Positions 24,902-35,012 of a stretch of DNA of 64,000 bases are shown piece after piece. The notes under the pieces were generated by a model. That model saw nothing but the letters and a program-made list of their open reading frames with translations, had not been told where the DNA came from and did not search any database. The stretch is from an uncultured Bacteroidales bacterium (GTDB lineage: Bacteria; Bacteroidota; Bacteroidia; Bacteroidales; UBA932): NCBI GenBank assembly GCA_947588835.1, contig CANPZS010000005.1, forward strand, positions 6,741 to 70,740, read 5' to 3'. How positions within the stretch are numbered: the stretch's first letter is position 1; each line of letters starts with the position of its first letter. Made by a program: the position numbers and the translations under genes.

Positions 24902-26260
24902 TCATAATTGTGTACCGCCGGCCGCCGCGCCGCCGCATACATTCTGCCGCGGGAAACGGAAAATTATGGACATCACGGCGACTATGCATAGGGCCATGGG
25001 GTAATACAGACAGCCGATTATGGACATGGTCGAGACGTCCGCCAGTTCGGACGCCATCAGCATCTGCGCGCCATAGGGGATTATGCCCTGCACGAAACAG
25101 GAAAAAGTGTCGAGGATGCTGGCGACCCTGTGCGGAGCCAGGCCGAAGCGGCCGCCTATGTCCTTGGCTATGGGGCCGGCCGTTATGATGGCCACGGTGT
25201 TGTTGGCCGTGCAGAAATTGGCGAGGCCGACGAGAGCCGCGATGCAGAACTCGGCTCCGCGCTTGCCGGAAACACGGCGCGTAAGCCTGTCTATTATGAA
25301 ATCGAGCCCGCCGTTATGCCGTATCATCTCCAGCATTCCCCCGGCAAGCATGGTAATGACGATCAATTCGCTCATGCCGCTGATGCCTTCGCCTATCGAC
25401 GACATCCAGTCTATCAGTCCGCCGCCGGTGCACAAGCCTATCACGCCGTTGACTATGATGCCGGTGCCGAGCACGTTCACCACGTTCACGCCCGCCACGG
25501 CAAGCCCTATTACGAGGATGTACGGCAGCAGCTTGATGAACTGCACGTCGGAAGCCGCCGGGATGAAGTCGACCGAAGCCCCTTTGAAAACATATACGGC
25601 AGCCACCGCCAGCGCGGCCGGGGCGGCGATGAAGATGTTCGCACGGAACTTGTCCCTCATGGAACAGCCCTGCGTCCTGGTAGCCGCAATGGTGGTGTCG
25701 GATATGAACGACAGGTTGTCGCCGAAAAAGGACCCTCCCACTATTATGGCGGTGATGAACGGCAGCGAAGTGCCCGTCTGCTCAGCAATGCCGGCGGCTA
25801 TGGGCACCAGGGCCACAATCGTGCCTACGCTCGTGCCTATCGCCATCGAAATGAAGCATGCGGCCAGGAAAAGCCCCGCATAAAGCAGTTTCCCCGGCAG
25901 AATCTTCAGAGTGAACGCCACCGTCGCGTCGATGGCGCCTATGTTCTTGGCAGTGGCCGCGAAAGCCCCCGCAAGCACGAAAACCCACACCATCAGCAGC
26001 ACGGTACTGTTGCCGGCGCCTTTGGAAAAGATGCCCAGCATCCCCTCCATGCCTTTTGCTCCCCTCGTGATGACCATGGCGTACGCCGAGGCGATGACGA
26101 AGGCCGCGGCGATCGGAACCCTGTAAAAGTCCTTGGCCACGATGGAAGAAACGAGGTAGATGCCGAGGAAGACGAACAGCGGGCTCAGGGCCAGCCATCC
26201 GTTCATCTTCGTGTCCGGAATCGCCTTGTCGCGCGAATGAATATATTTGTGAAAAGCCAT
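24902..26260 (-). CDS. Na+/H+ antiporter NhaC-family transporter
   Basis: Polytopic; ISMAIGTSVGTI, GGSFFGDNLSFISDTTIAAT, ASILDTFSC motifs; start could be 26206. Confidence 0.88.
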   Translation of the reverse strand: MAFHKYIHSRDKAIPDTKMNGWLALSPLFVFLGIYLVSSIVAKDFYRVPIAAAFVIASAYAMVITRGAKGMEGMLGIFSKGAGNSTVLLMVWVFVLAGAFAATAKNIGAIDATVAFTLKILPGKLLYAGLFLAACFISMAIGTSVGTIVALVPIAAGIAEQTGTSLPFITAIIVGGSFFGDNLSFISDTTIAATRTQGCSMRDKFRANIFIAAPAALAVAAVYVFKGASVDFIPAASDVQFIKLLPYILVIGLAVAGVNVVNVLGTGIIVNGVIGLCTGGGLIDWMSSIGEGISGMSELIVITMLAGGMLEMIRHNGGLDFIIDRLTRRVSGKRGAEFCIAALVGLANFCTANNTVAIITAGPIAKDIGGRFGLAPHRVASILDTFSCFVQGIIPYGAQMLMASELADVSTMSIIGCLYYPMALCIVAVMSIIFRFPRQNVCGGAAAGGTQL

Positions 26261-26268
26261 GCCGGGTA

Positions 26269-28767
26269 TTATTCAATTCCGAGTCCCACGGCTTCCCCGA
26301 CCGGGACGAATTCGTATCCTTTCTTTTTCAGACGGCGGATGATGTCGGGCAGACGGTCGTAGAATTTGTCCTTGCGTGAATCTTCGGTGCCGAAATGTAT
26401 CAGGATGAAATGGCCGTTGAGCCCCTTTTCGCTCTCGTAATCGAACAGTTTCCTGAGAAGTTCGTCGCTGCTGCGATAATTCTTCATGTCCGGAGTGGTG
26501 TAGTCGGCGTTGCTGCCCGTGCCGGGAGTATAGTTGATCACCTGAAGGCCAAGCTGTTTCGCCCATGAAGACACGGTAGAATTGTAGTGCTCGTACGGAG
26601 GTATGAAATACGGCGCCTCCGATTTGGAAATGCCGGCCTCAGCCATCAGGCGATAGCTCCTGAACATGTCTTCATTGAATTCCTCGTGGCTTACGAGCAG
26701 GCTGTCGTGATTTTCCCACGGCATGTACAGCAGGTGCCCGTAGCTGTGGCTGCCCACATAATGGCCGTCGGCGCGGAGACGCTGAATTACATCGGGAAAT
26801 TTCTCATAGAACTCTCCGGTAAAGAAAAATCCTCCCTTGATGCCGTAACGCCTGAGCACGGATATTATCCTGTCCGCGCCGTCCGCCTTGTCGGCCGCCG
26901 TGAAAACGAGCGTAACCCTCTTGCGGGAAGGGTCGGTGCGGTTGATGCCGCCGTCGACATAGACGTTCCTGTCGGCCTGGCGCCTCCCTTCCATCTGATA
27001 GAAGGACAACGGGAAAGTGAGCGAGGCCGTTCCGTCCATCGTAGGCTCGTTGGTGGAATAGTCGTGCACGCTGTCATGGTAAACCACCCTTCCGGGCTGG
27101 AACTCCATGTAGTTGTTGCCGCCCTCCATGTTCACGCCGCTGAGGCCGTTGAATATGGTCGAATAGACAGGTCCGTCCACAAGGCCGCCGGTCGTGTTGC
27201 CGATTCCGAGGCTATGGACGTATGAATGCGGCTGGAAAGGATACGTGCCTCCGCGGGGGAGTTCGACTATCATGCTGACGCCCCACGGATTGCATCCGAA
27301 CAGCCAGTCCCGCAGCGAGCCTTCCATCTCGACATAGCGGGTGTCCCCGGTCAGCTCCCTGTACAGGATGCACTGGGTGATCATGGCCGTAACGAGATTG
27401 TTGGAGCACCAGATGCCCGGAATGCCGTACAGGAACGGCGTCCCCTCGGCCTTTTCGAATGTCCGTTCTATGCCGCTGCGCAGATTGCGTACAAATTCAT
27501 CGCGCACGCTGCCGCCTTCGGAGGCAAGTAGATAATGCCCCATGTTCATGAACGGATACCACTGATAATGGCGGGCGCTGTCGGCCCCCATCCACGGGGT
27601 CACGGGCTCCCTGCGTCCGTATTCGACTGCTTTGGACAGATACGAGGCGTCCCCCGTCTTGCGGAACATCTCCATGGCCGCAAGTTCCATGTCGTCGGTC
27701 CAGTTGTCTTCCTCATATATGTAGGGGGACACCACCGACGCGGTCTGGCAGGCTCCGGGATCGGCTTCGGCGACCGTGAACGCGTCAAGAGCCTTTTCCC
27801 CTATCCTGTCGGCGAAATCCGGATAATACGGCCGCAGCACCTCGGATCCGAAAGCGAAGTCGGATGCGAATTTGCCCACGGTGCTCGACACTCCCGTGGT
27901 CTCGTTCATGCGCCCCGTCTTGCGGCCGCGCATCTGGGGCTTTCCGGAACAGAAATACACGGGACGGCCGTTGCCGGGGCCCCAGCCATAATCGGCATGG
28001 TCCTTGGAAGGCAGCCTCATGCCCACATGGTCGCGGTCGTCGGCCAGCTGGTTGTAAAATTCTCCCGGTTCGGGATTCATCTTGTCCAGCCACTCCATGC
28101 CCCAGTAGATTTCATCCACGATGTCGGGAATGCCGTTGGCTCCCGGCAGGCCGTCGGCCCCGTACACGTCGGCAAACGCCTCCGGATTGGTGCGGAAAGC
28201 GAACATCATCTGATATATGGCATTGGCGGTGGTGGTGGTATATTGCAGGCAGTCTGACGCATCGTGCCAGCCTCCCGTCACGTCTATCCTCTTTCCGTTC
28301 TTCGCCGGATCGGTATGGTACGTGATGTATCCGTCCTTCGTATGGCAGCTGTCGCGCAGCATGGGGTTCCATCCGCATCGTTGCTGGCGCATGTAATTGA
28401 GGACGAAATCGGCCGTGCCGTTATATACGGCCACGTTCACTGGGAATACGGGAGACTTGCAGCCCGCAGCCTCTATATAATATGTTCCTTGACGCACAAG
28501 TCCGCTGAAGTCAAGGCGGAAAGTGGATTTCATGGCTCCGAGGGGGCCCGTCGCCCGTACACGGCCGAAAGTCTGCACGGTCTCGCCGGTGAAGGCGTCG
28601 ACGATGGAGAAAGACCGCACGTCAATCTCCGATTCGCTCATGAGCACGGCGACTTTCGATGCTTCGGGAAGATACCCGAGCTGGTTTATCCTTATCCATT
28701 CATCGGCACGCAGGCCGGCATGCGACATTGCTAACAGCGCCGCGGCGAAAATCGCGAAACGTTTCAT
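26269..28767 (-). CDS. GH9 glycoside hydrolase fused to a C-terminal polysaccharide deacetylase (CE4/NodB) domain
   Basis: Signal peptide; INQLGY; TGGWHDASD; NEPTMDG; then GSHSYGHL and FIPPYEHYN (NodB-like). Confidence 0.88.
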   Translation of the reverse strand: MKRFAIFAAALLAMSHAGLRADEWIRINQLGYLPEASKVAVLMSESEIDVRSFSIVDAFTGETVQTFGRVRATGPLGAMKSTFRLDFSGLVRQGTYYIEAAGCKSPVFPVNVAVYNGTADFVLNYMRQQRCGWNPMLRDSCHTKDGYITYHTDPAKNGKRIDVTGGWHDASDCLQYTTTTANAIYQMMFAFRTNPEAFADVYGADGLPGANGIPDIVDEIYWGMEWLDKMNPEPGEFYNQLADDRDHVGMRLPSKDHADYGWGPGNGRPVYFCSGKPQMRGRKTGRMNETTGVSSTVGKFASDFAFGSEVLRPYYPDFADRIGEKALDAFTVAEADPGACQTASVVSPYIYEEDNWTDDMELAAMEMFRKTGDASYLSKAVEYGRREPVTPWMGADSARHYQWYPFMNMGHYLLASEGGSVRDEFVRNLRSGIERTFEKAEGTPFLYGIPGIWCSNNLVTAMITQCILYRELTGDTRYVEMEGSLRDWLFGCNPWGVSMIVELPRGGTYPFQPHSYVHSLGIGNTTGGLVDGPVYSTIFNGLSGVNMEGGNNYMEFQPGRVVYHDSVHDYSTNEPTMDGTASLTFPLSFYQMEGRRQADRNVYVDGGINRTDPSRKRVTLVFTAADKADGADRIISVLRRYGIKGGFFFTGEFYEKFPDVIQRLRADGHYVGSHSYGHLLYMPWENHDSLLVSHEEFNEDMFRSYRLMAEAGISKSEAPYFIPPYEHYNSTVSSWAKQLGLQVINYTPGTGSNADYTTPDMKNYRSSDELLRKLFDYESEKGLNGHFILIHFGTEDSRKDKFYDRLPDIIRRLKKKGYEFVPVGEAVGLGIE

Positions 28768-28889
28768 AAATCTTAACTATGAATGATCAAGGCACAAAGA
28801 TAAATCATATCTCCGGAAAAATCCCGGTCAGCAAGTCAAAAGACGCACGATTGTTCCGAATATTTTCTTTTTTGTTGTAATTTCGCGGC

Positions 28890-29489
28890 ATGGAACAGCC
28901 GGTGAAACATCCTCCCGTCGTGGAGGCTCCTTCGGGCGAGACACGCATTCTGCTGCATGCCTGCTGCGCCCCGTGTTCCTCGGCCATAATAGAATGTCTT
29001 TTGTACAACGGGATAACTCCCGTCATCTATTATTCCAATTCCAACATTTTTCCTTTGGAAGAATATCTCATCCGCAAGAATGAATGCACAAGGCACGCCC
29101 GATCCCTCGGACTTGAAATCGTAGACGACGACTATGACCACGAGAACTGGCGCCGCATAGCGGAACATCTTGAAAAAGAACCGGAAAGGGGACGCCGCTG
29201 CCTTGAATGTTTCAAATACAGGCTCACGAGGGCCGCCGGATATGCGTGCAGGCACGGATTACATGTGCTGGCGACTACGCTCGCTTCCTCGCGGTGGAAA
29301 GATCTTTCGCAGATCGACGCGGCGGGGGAATTTGCATGCAGCCTGTTCCCCGGCGTGTCGTGGTGGTCCATGAACTGGCGAAAGGGAGGTCTTCAAGAAA
29401 GGAGAAACCAGCTTATAAAACAGTATTCATTCTATAACCAGCCCTATTGCGGCTGCGAATTTTCCTTTAAAAACAAACAAGAAAAATGA
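28890..29489 (+). CDS. queH: Epoxyqueuosine reductase QueH
   Basis: LLHACCAPCS, RCLECF, YNQPYCGCEFS. Confidence 0.92.
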   Translation: MEQPVKHPPVVEAPSGETRILLHACCAPCSSAIIECLLYNGITPVIYYSNSNIFPLEEYLIRKNECTRHARSLGLEIVDDDYDHENWRRIAEHLEKEPERGRRCLECFKYRLTRAAGYACRHGLHVLATTLASSRWKDLSQIDAAGEFACSLFPGVSWWSMNWRKGGLQERRNQLIKQYSFYNQPYCGCEFSFKNKQEK

Positions 29490-29854
29490 AAGGACTGTTC
29501 ACGGTACTTCTTCTCGTAGTGTCAAACATTTTCATGACTTTCGCATGGTACGGCCACCTCAAGCTGCAGGAAATGAAAATCTCCACAGGATGGCCGGTTT
29601 TCGCCGTCATTCTGTTCTCCTGGGGGCTGGCGTTTTTCGAATATTGCGCGCAGGTGCCCGCCAACCGCATAGGCTTTGCCGAAAACGGTGGACCTTTCAA
29701 CCTCATGCAGCTGAAAGTGATTCAGGAGGTCGTGTCCCTGACCGTGTTCACTCTGATAGTGTCCTTGGTGTTCAAGGGACAGGCGCTCCAGTGGAATCAC
29801 TTCGCCGCATTCGTGTGCCTAATAATGGCAGTGTTTTTCGTATTTCTGAAATAG
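29486..29854 (+). CDS. DMT-superfamily small membrane protein (DUF486)
   Basis: SNIFMTFAWYGHLK, EYCAQVPANRIG, QLKVIQEVVSL. Confidence 0.85.
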   Translation: MKGLFTVLLLVVSNIFMTFAWYGHLKLQEMKISTGWPVFAVILFSWGLAFFEYCAQVPANRIGFAENGGPFNLMQLKVIQEVVSLTVFTLIVSLVFKGQALQWNHFAAFVCLIMAVFFVFLK

Positions 29855-29858
29855 GCGC

Positions 29859-31949
29859 TCAGTCTCCGGACGCTTCGCCGCAGAAAGTGGAGGCCGGAAG
29901 GTCTTCGCCATTTACCAGATTGGCATGAGTGAACGGCTGCCATCCGTAACGGACGTAGCGGGGGTTCTTCACCTGTCCGCTCCACACGCGCAGACGGCCG
30001 TCTTCAGTGACCTCCGCCTCGGCGGGATAATAAAGTCCGTCGTATTCGGCCACTTCGAAAGTCCTCAGCGGCCCGCCGTCGGCGCCGTGAAGGCCTTCTC
30101 CGTAATCGAAGCTGACATATATGCTGCCGTCGCGGGCCTCGGCCCCGCTGAAAAGCGGACCGGACGGTACTACGTCATGGCCGTAGGTCTTGTTCAGGGC
30201 CCATCGCGCAAGACGCTCTCCGACGGCCGCCTTGTGCTTCGGATGTACGTTCAATGAGTCGCCGAGGTCGCTGCAGACGGCCATGCCCGTACCGGGCAGC
30301 CGGCTCATGAGCCGGCGCTGGCTGTCGCGGAAGCGCGGCCAGCTTGGCCTGTCCATGCCCGACAGCTGGACATAGTACACGGGGAAATCGTCTCCCCACA
30401 CCTCTCTCCAGCTCTTCACGAGCATCCGGAAAAGCTTTTCGTGCGCCTCTATGTTGTGGGCGTTGGACTCGCCCTGATACCAGACGGCGCCCTTGAAGCT
30501 GAAATCCAGAAAAGGACCCATCCCCGCCTCGAAAAGATAGCAGGGCTCATACGGATGCCTCTGCAGGGGATTGTCGGTATAGGCCACGTTGAACACCGCC
30601 CTGTTCCGCACCCAGTCCTGCACCAAATCATTGTGCATCCAGTCATGGAGCATGTCCGGGAATTCGAACTCCATGGTCCTGCGGTCTATCCACGCCTCGG
30701 TGGGCGAGCCTCCGACGGCATTGCAGACCAGGCCTACGGGTACGCCGAGGCTGTCCGCAAGCGTGCGGCCGAACGCCATGCCGACGGCCGAAAAACGGGC
30801 CGCGGTCTCCGGCGTACAATGCGTCCACGACGTCCCGCGGTAATATTGCAGCCGGTCAAGCGAATCAAGGACTTCCGTACTCCAGTGCTCTTCGTAGGTC
30901 TCCCAGTTGACCTTCATGTCGAAAAGCCTTATCGCAGGATTGCGGGAAGCATATTCCTTGCCCGCAGCCACTTCTTCGCCCGCGCTCTCCTCCAGGCGGA
31001 AAGCCATGTTGGACTGGCCGGAGCACAGCCATACGTCCCCGACCAGAACGTCATGAAAGACTATCCTGCGCTTCGCCGTCTCCACCTCCATCGTCAGAGG
31101 CTCCGCGGAACAGGCGAGAGGCTCAAGAACGACCTTCCAGCGGCCGTCCCCTCCGGTCACGGCGCTTGCCTTCCGGCCCTGCACGCTGACGGTGACGGTC
31201 TCCCCCGCATCGGCTATGCCGGATATGCCGAGCGGAACGTCCCTCTGCAGCACCATGCCGTCCCCGTAGACGGGGGAAAGCCTGAGACCGCCATAGTCCC
31301 CGGTGATGGCGGAATAGACGGTACGGGCAAGTATCCCTGCGCCCTCGGCATCGGGATGCAGCGCATCCGGAAAGAGATCCGGACGGTCATACAGCGCCCC
31401 GTGCAGATCGATGAGGGGCAGTCCCGCGATTTCCGCAACTGTTTCAATGGCCTTCTGCTCCTGCCAGAACCAGTCGCGTGTGCCGGAAACGAATCTCGGA
31501 TGGTCGTGGAAAATGGGCGTCATCCGGCATACCCATATCCGGCAGGACGGGTTGGCCTGCCTGAACGCATCTATAAGCGACAGATAGTCCCTGACGAACT
31601 CGTCGCCGTAATTGGGCCAGTTCCGGGGATCCGTGTCGTTCAGGCCGAGATGGATGACCACCAGGTCGGCCTTGAATTCCAGCGCGGCTTCATATTCGGG
31701 CACACCCACATAAGGGCGGTGTCCGCGCCGCAGCAGCGTAGTGCCGCTGTGTCCGAAATTGGCCACTTCGAAACCGTCTCCGAGCATGGCCTGAAGCTGC
31801 GCCGGATAGCAGTTTACCTCCCTGTTCTCTATTTTGTAGCCATAGGTGACGCTGTTGCCGACGCAGGCCACCTTGACGCGTCCGGCGGACAGCCCCGAAG
31901 CGAAGGCCGTGCAAAGGACGAATATAAAGAGCAATCTTTTCATGTTCAT
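29859..31949 (-). CDS. Sialate O-acetylesterase (GDSL + SASA domains)
   Basis: GNSVT, LGLND and DALHP in the SGNH domain; GQSNM, WYQGESNA and VHP in the SASA domain; located in the nan operon. Confidence 0.88.
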   Translation of the reverse strand: MNMKRLLFIFVLCTAFASGLSAGRVKVACVGNSVTYGYKIENREVNCYPAQLQAMLGDGFEVANFGHSGTTLLRRGHRPYVGVPEYEAALEFKADLVVIHLGLNDTDPRNWPNYGDEFVRDYLSLIDAFRQANPSCRIWVCRMTPIFHDHPRFVSGTRDWFWQEQKAIETVAEIAGLPLIDLHGALYDRPDLFPDALHPDAEGAGILARTVYSAITGDYGGLRLSPVYGDGMVLQRDVPLGISGIADAGETVTVSVQGRKASAVTGGDGRWKVVLEPLACSAEPLTMEVETAKRRIVFHDVLVGDVWLCSGQSNMAFRLEESAGEEVAAGKEYASRNPAIRLFDMKVNWETYEEHWSTEVLDSLDRLQYYRGTSWTHCTPETAARFSAVGMAFGRTLADSLGVPVGLVCNAVGGSPTEAWIDRRTMEFEFPDMLHDWMHNDLVQDWVRNRAVFNVAYTDNPLQRHPYEPCYLFEAGMGPFLDFSFKGAVWYQGESNAHNIEAHEKLFRMLVKSWREVWGDDFPVYYVQLSGMDRPSWPRFRDSQRRLMSRLPGTGMAVCSDLGDSLNVHPKHKAAVGERLARWALNKTYGHDVVPSGPLFSGAEARDGSIYVSFDYGEGLHGADGGPLRTFEVAEYDGLYYPAEAEVTEDGRLRVWSGQVKNPRYVRYGWQPFTHANLVNGEDLPASTFCGEASGD

Positions 31950-32626
31950 TCGTTTACATAAGGTTCCACGATCTTTTTCCACAGCAGGTAGCCGGGGCCG
32001 AGAAGATGCAGGCCGTCGTTGGTGTAATCGGGATTCAGCTTGTCCGTGCCCTCCGTTGTGAAGCTGCCGTAAAGGTCGATATAGACCGCGCCCTTGTCCG
32101 CGGCCAGAGCACGCAGCCTATCATTGAGCGGGGCTATGTCGGCGCGCCTTGCCGTATGGCCCTGGAACATGCCCTTGTCTTCGTTCACTGGCAGTATGCT
32201 CTGCAGATAGAACCGGGTGCCGGGAGAGTCCGCATGCACCTTGTCGATGATCTTGCCGATGTTGGCCACTATGGTATCCTCCGGAACACCGCGCGAAAGG
32301 TCATTGACTCCTATCATGAGGAAAATCTTTGCGGGACGGCCGCTGACGACGGCATCGAGGCGGTCGTATACACCCTGTGAAATGTCGCCGCTGATCCCGC
32401 GGTTCTTGAACCGGCAGCCGCCGAACAGTTCGCACCATTCGCCTCCGTCGGTGATGCTGTCGCCGAGAAAGACGATGTCGCCGGCCGAGACGGGCTGCGC
32501 TTCAAAAAGCGTGGCGCGCTGATGCCAATAGGTAGGATACTGGGCCCGCGCCATTCCTGAAAAGGCAGCGAGGCCGATCGTGATGAGTATGATTCTTATG
32601 GTTCTCATCGGATATATGGTTTTCAT
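31946..32626 (-). CDS. GDSL/SGNH esterase
   Basis: FLGDSIT, NRGISGD, IGVNDL, DGLH. Confidence 0.9.
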   Translation of the reverse strand: MKTIYPMRTIRIILITIGLAAFSGMARAQYPTYWHQRATLFEAQPVSAGDIVFLGDSITDGGEWCELFGGCRFKNRGISGDISQGVYDRLDAVVSGRPAKIFLMIGVNDLSRGVPEDTIVANIGKIIDKVHADSPGTRFYLQSILPVNEDKGMFQGHTARRADIAPLNDRLRALAADKGAVYIDLYGSFTTEGTDKLNPDYTNDGLHLLGPGYLLWKKIVEPYVNE

Positions 32627-32650
32627 TGGATAAATCGTTCCGGAGAAACA

Positions 32651-33892
32651 TTACTCCATGTTGTCCGTAGTCGGCTTGAGCACGGTAAGCTGCAGGACGA
32701 GGGCCAGCACCAGCACTCCGGCCATAAGCGCGAAGCCCATGCCGAGATTGTCGCCTGCGGCCCATTTGCCGAGCACGTTGGTGATGATGGCGCCCGCGAA
32801 CACGCCGGTCATATTCATGACGCCGTATGCGGTGGCGCGGTGCCGGGCCGACACGAACTGGCAGAGGATGGGCATGTTGTTGGTGTCGAACATGCCGTAG
32901 CCGATGCCGAAGCAAAGGCCGGCGGCCACGGCCGCGAACATTCCCTTGCCGACGCCGAGCAGGACGAGGGCGGGAATCATCATCGCCAGGCCGATCGCGC
33001 TCGTGTAGATGCGGCCGCGCAGATTGCGTCTTACCCAGCGGTCGGACACGGGGCCGCCCAGCATGACGCCGATGAAGGACGATGCGGCTATGGTAATGGT
33101 GGAGATGGGGCCCGCCTGCGACATGGGAATGTCAAGGCTGCCTGCGAACAGGGTGGGCAGCCAGTTCTTGGTGGCCCAGCCCGGCAGCGACGAAGACGCG
33201 AAGAAGAACAGGATCGTCCAGAACGCGATGTTGGAAAAGACTATCGAGAAACTGCGGAATATGGGTTCTTTCTTCTTTTCGACGGCCTTCTCGGCGACGT
33301 ACGGGATCTCGGATCTCTTGTCGTGCAGCAGCAGGATGAGCACCACGGCATAGGAAATGCCTATGATGCCGAACCAATGGAAGGTGCTCTGCCATGAATG
33401 GGCCGCCGCCACCGTGGCGCCGAACCCGCCTATGGCCTGGCCGATGTAAAGTCCCGTCATGTGTATGCCTATGGCGAAGCTGCGGGCGGAGCCCGTGAAC
33501 CAGTCCGCTATGAGCGACAGGGCCGCAGGGATGTACAGCGCCTCGCTGATGCCCATCAGGGCGCGCAGCCAATAGAGCTGCCGGAACGAGGAGCAATAGC
33601 CCATCAGAAGGGTAACCGCGGACCATACGCCGAGGGAGGCCACTATAAGCCACTTTTTGCTGATGCGGTCGGCTACGGCGCCGGCGAAAGGACTGACGAG
33701 GCCGTATATCCAAAGGAAGATGGCCATGAGGCGGCCGAAATTGACCGGATCGATCAGTTCGGCTATGTCTTTCTGCATTTCCGGCTGCATGGTGGACAAC
33801 ATCTGCCTGTCCATATAGTTGAGCAGGGCCACGAGCCACAGCATGGCCACTACGAGCCATGGATAAACTTTGCTTTGCTGCAATCTGTTCAT
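32651..33892 (-). CDS. nanT: MFS sialic acid transporter (NanT-like)
   Basis: LNYMDRQ, GAVADR MFS motifs; nan operon context. Confidence 0.8.
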   Translation of the reverse strand: MNRLQQSKVYPWLVVAMLWLVALLNYMDRQMLSTMQPEMQKDIAELIDPVNFGRLMAIFLWIYGLVSPFAGAVADRISKKWLIVASLGVWSAVTLLMGYCSSFRQLYWLRALMGISEALYIPAALSLIADWFTGSARSFAIGIHMTGLYIGQAIGGFGATVAAAHSWQSTFHWFGIIGISYAVVLILLLHDKRSEIPYVAEKAVEKKKEPIFRSFSIVFSNIAFWTILFFFASSSLPGWATKNWLPTLFAGSLDIPMSQAGPISTITIAASSFIGVMLGGPVSDRWVRRNLRGRIYTSAIGLAMMIPALVLLGVGKGMFAAVAAGLCFGIGYGMFDTNNMPILCQFVSARHRATAYGVMNMTGVFAGAIITNVLGKWAAGDNLGMGFALMAGVLVLALVLQLTVLKPTTDNME

Positions 33893-33916
33893 ATTCACGG
33901 ATTTTTCAGAACTGTG

Positions 33917-35011
33917 TCATTTGCGGGACACAAGCGTACCGCAATAATTGTCAGGAGTGCGTATGCCGGGTTTCAGCTCGCCTCCGAGAAGGAATATGCC
34001 GTCTCCGCAAGTGACGAGGGCGGCGCCGGCGCGGGCCGCACCGGTGAACTCGCCGAGGTCTTCCCATTCGCCGGAAGACGGATCGAAGAGCCGTACCGCA
34101 TTCTGGAAACGGTACCATTCCACGGGATGAAGCTGGTATTCACGGATCTTGTCGGAGGGGAGACGCACGGCGGCTTCGAATATTTCCCTGTCCACGCCGC
34201 CGGTGACGGCTATGCGGCCGTCCGGGAGGGCCGTCGCGCTTGCGCCGACGAAGGTGCCTCCGTCGGGATGCCCCTTAACGGGCGTCCATGTGTCCGAAGA
34301 AGGATCGTAGCGGTAGCCGTTTCCGGACGCGGCGCCGGTGGACGAATCGAATCCGCCCCACAGCCACAGGCAGCCGCCGGAAGCGGCCATAACCGGCTGC
34401 ACGACCTTTTCCGGGAGGGACGCGGCCCGTTCCCAGCAAGGCTCCGGGGCATTCGTGTCGAGGCTCCACAGCTCATCGGAGGGAGCGCCGTCCGAAATGC
34501 CGCCGCAAATATATATCCGTCGGCCGAGGGCTGCGCCTGCCGCCTGCTCCACGGCATGCGGCAGGGACGGAAGCTCCGTCACGACGGCCTTGCCGTCGCG
34601 CAGCCCCACGCGCCATACGCTCCGCAGCGCTCCTGAGGCATTGGACCCGCCGGCAAAGACCACGCTCTCCCCGAGACCGCAGGAAACACCGTATGCGGCC
34701 TCCGCAGGCAGCCGTCCGCCCACCGTCCAGCCGTCCTCTCCATAGCGGTATATCGTGTCATAAAAAGCCTTGCGGCCGCCCTCCGTCACAGGCAGGTCGG
34801 GGAAATTGGCCCCGCCGGCCATCAAAAGAACTCCGTCCGCGGTGCCGGCGAAAGGCGCCGACACACCTTTTGCATATCCCCCTTCCTCCGGGGCCACGGA
34901 CGCCACGGGGCGCCATAAAATCCGGGAGCCGTCTCCCTCGCCGCATCCGCCGCATAGCGAGGCGGCCGCCAGCACGACTGTCATTTTCATACGATAAAAT
35001 TTCATTTTCAT
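33917..35011 (-). CDS. nanM: Kelch-repeat, cyclically permuted sialic acid mutarotase-like lipoprotein
   Basis: AGGANFP, repeated GG Kelch motifs, GGELKPGIRT. Confidence 0.75.
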   Translation of the reverse strand: MKMKFYRMKMTVVLAAASLCGGCGEGDGSRILWRPVASVAPEEGGYAKGVSAPFAGTADGVLLMAGGANFPDLPVTEGGRKAFYDTIYRYGEDGWTVGGRLPAEAAYGVSCGLGESVVFAGGSNASGALRSVWRVGLRDGKAVVTELPSLPHAVEQAAGAALGRRIYICGGISDGAPSDELWSLDTNAPEPCWERAASLPEKVVQPVMAASGGCLWLWGGFDSSTGAASGNGYRYDPSSDTWTPVKGHPDGGTFVGASATALPDGRIAVTGGVDREIFEAAVRLPSDKIREYQLHPVEWYRFQNAVRLFDPSSGEWEDLGEFTGAARAGAALVTCGDGIFLLGGELKPGIRTPDNYCGTLVSRK

Positions 35012-35012
35012 C

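Noticed and set aside
24902-26268. SAM riboswitch upstream of the NhaC/MetT-like gene
   Set aside because: Only 8 nt separate it from the GH9 gene, and no riboswitch consensus was seen.
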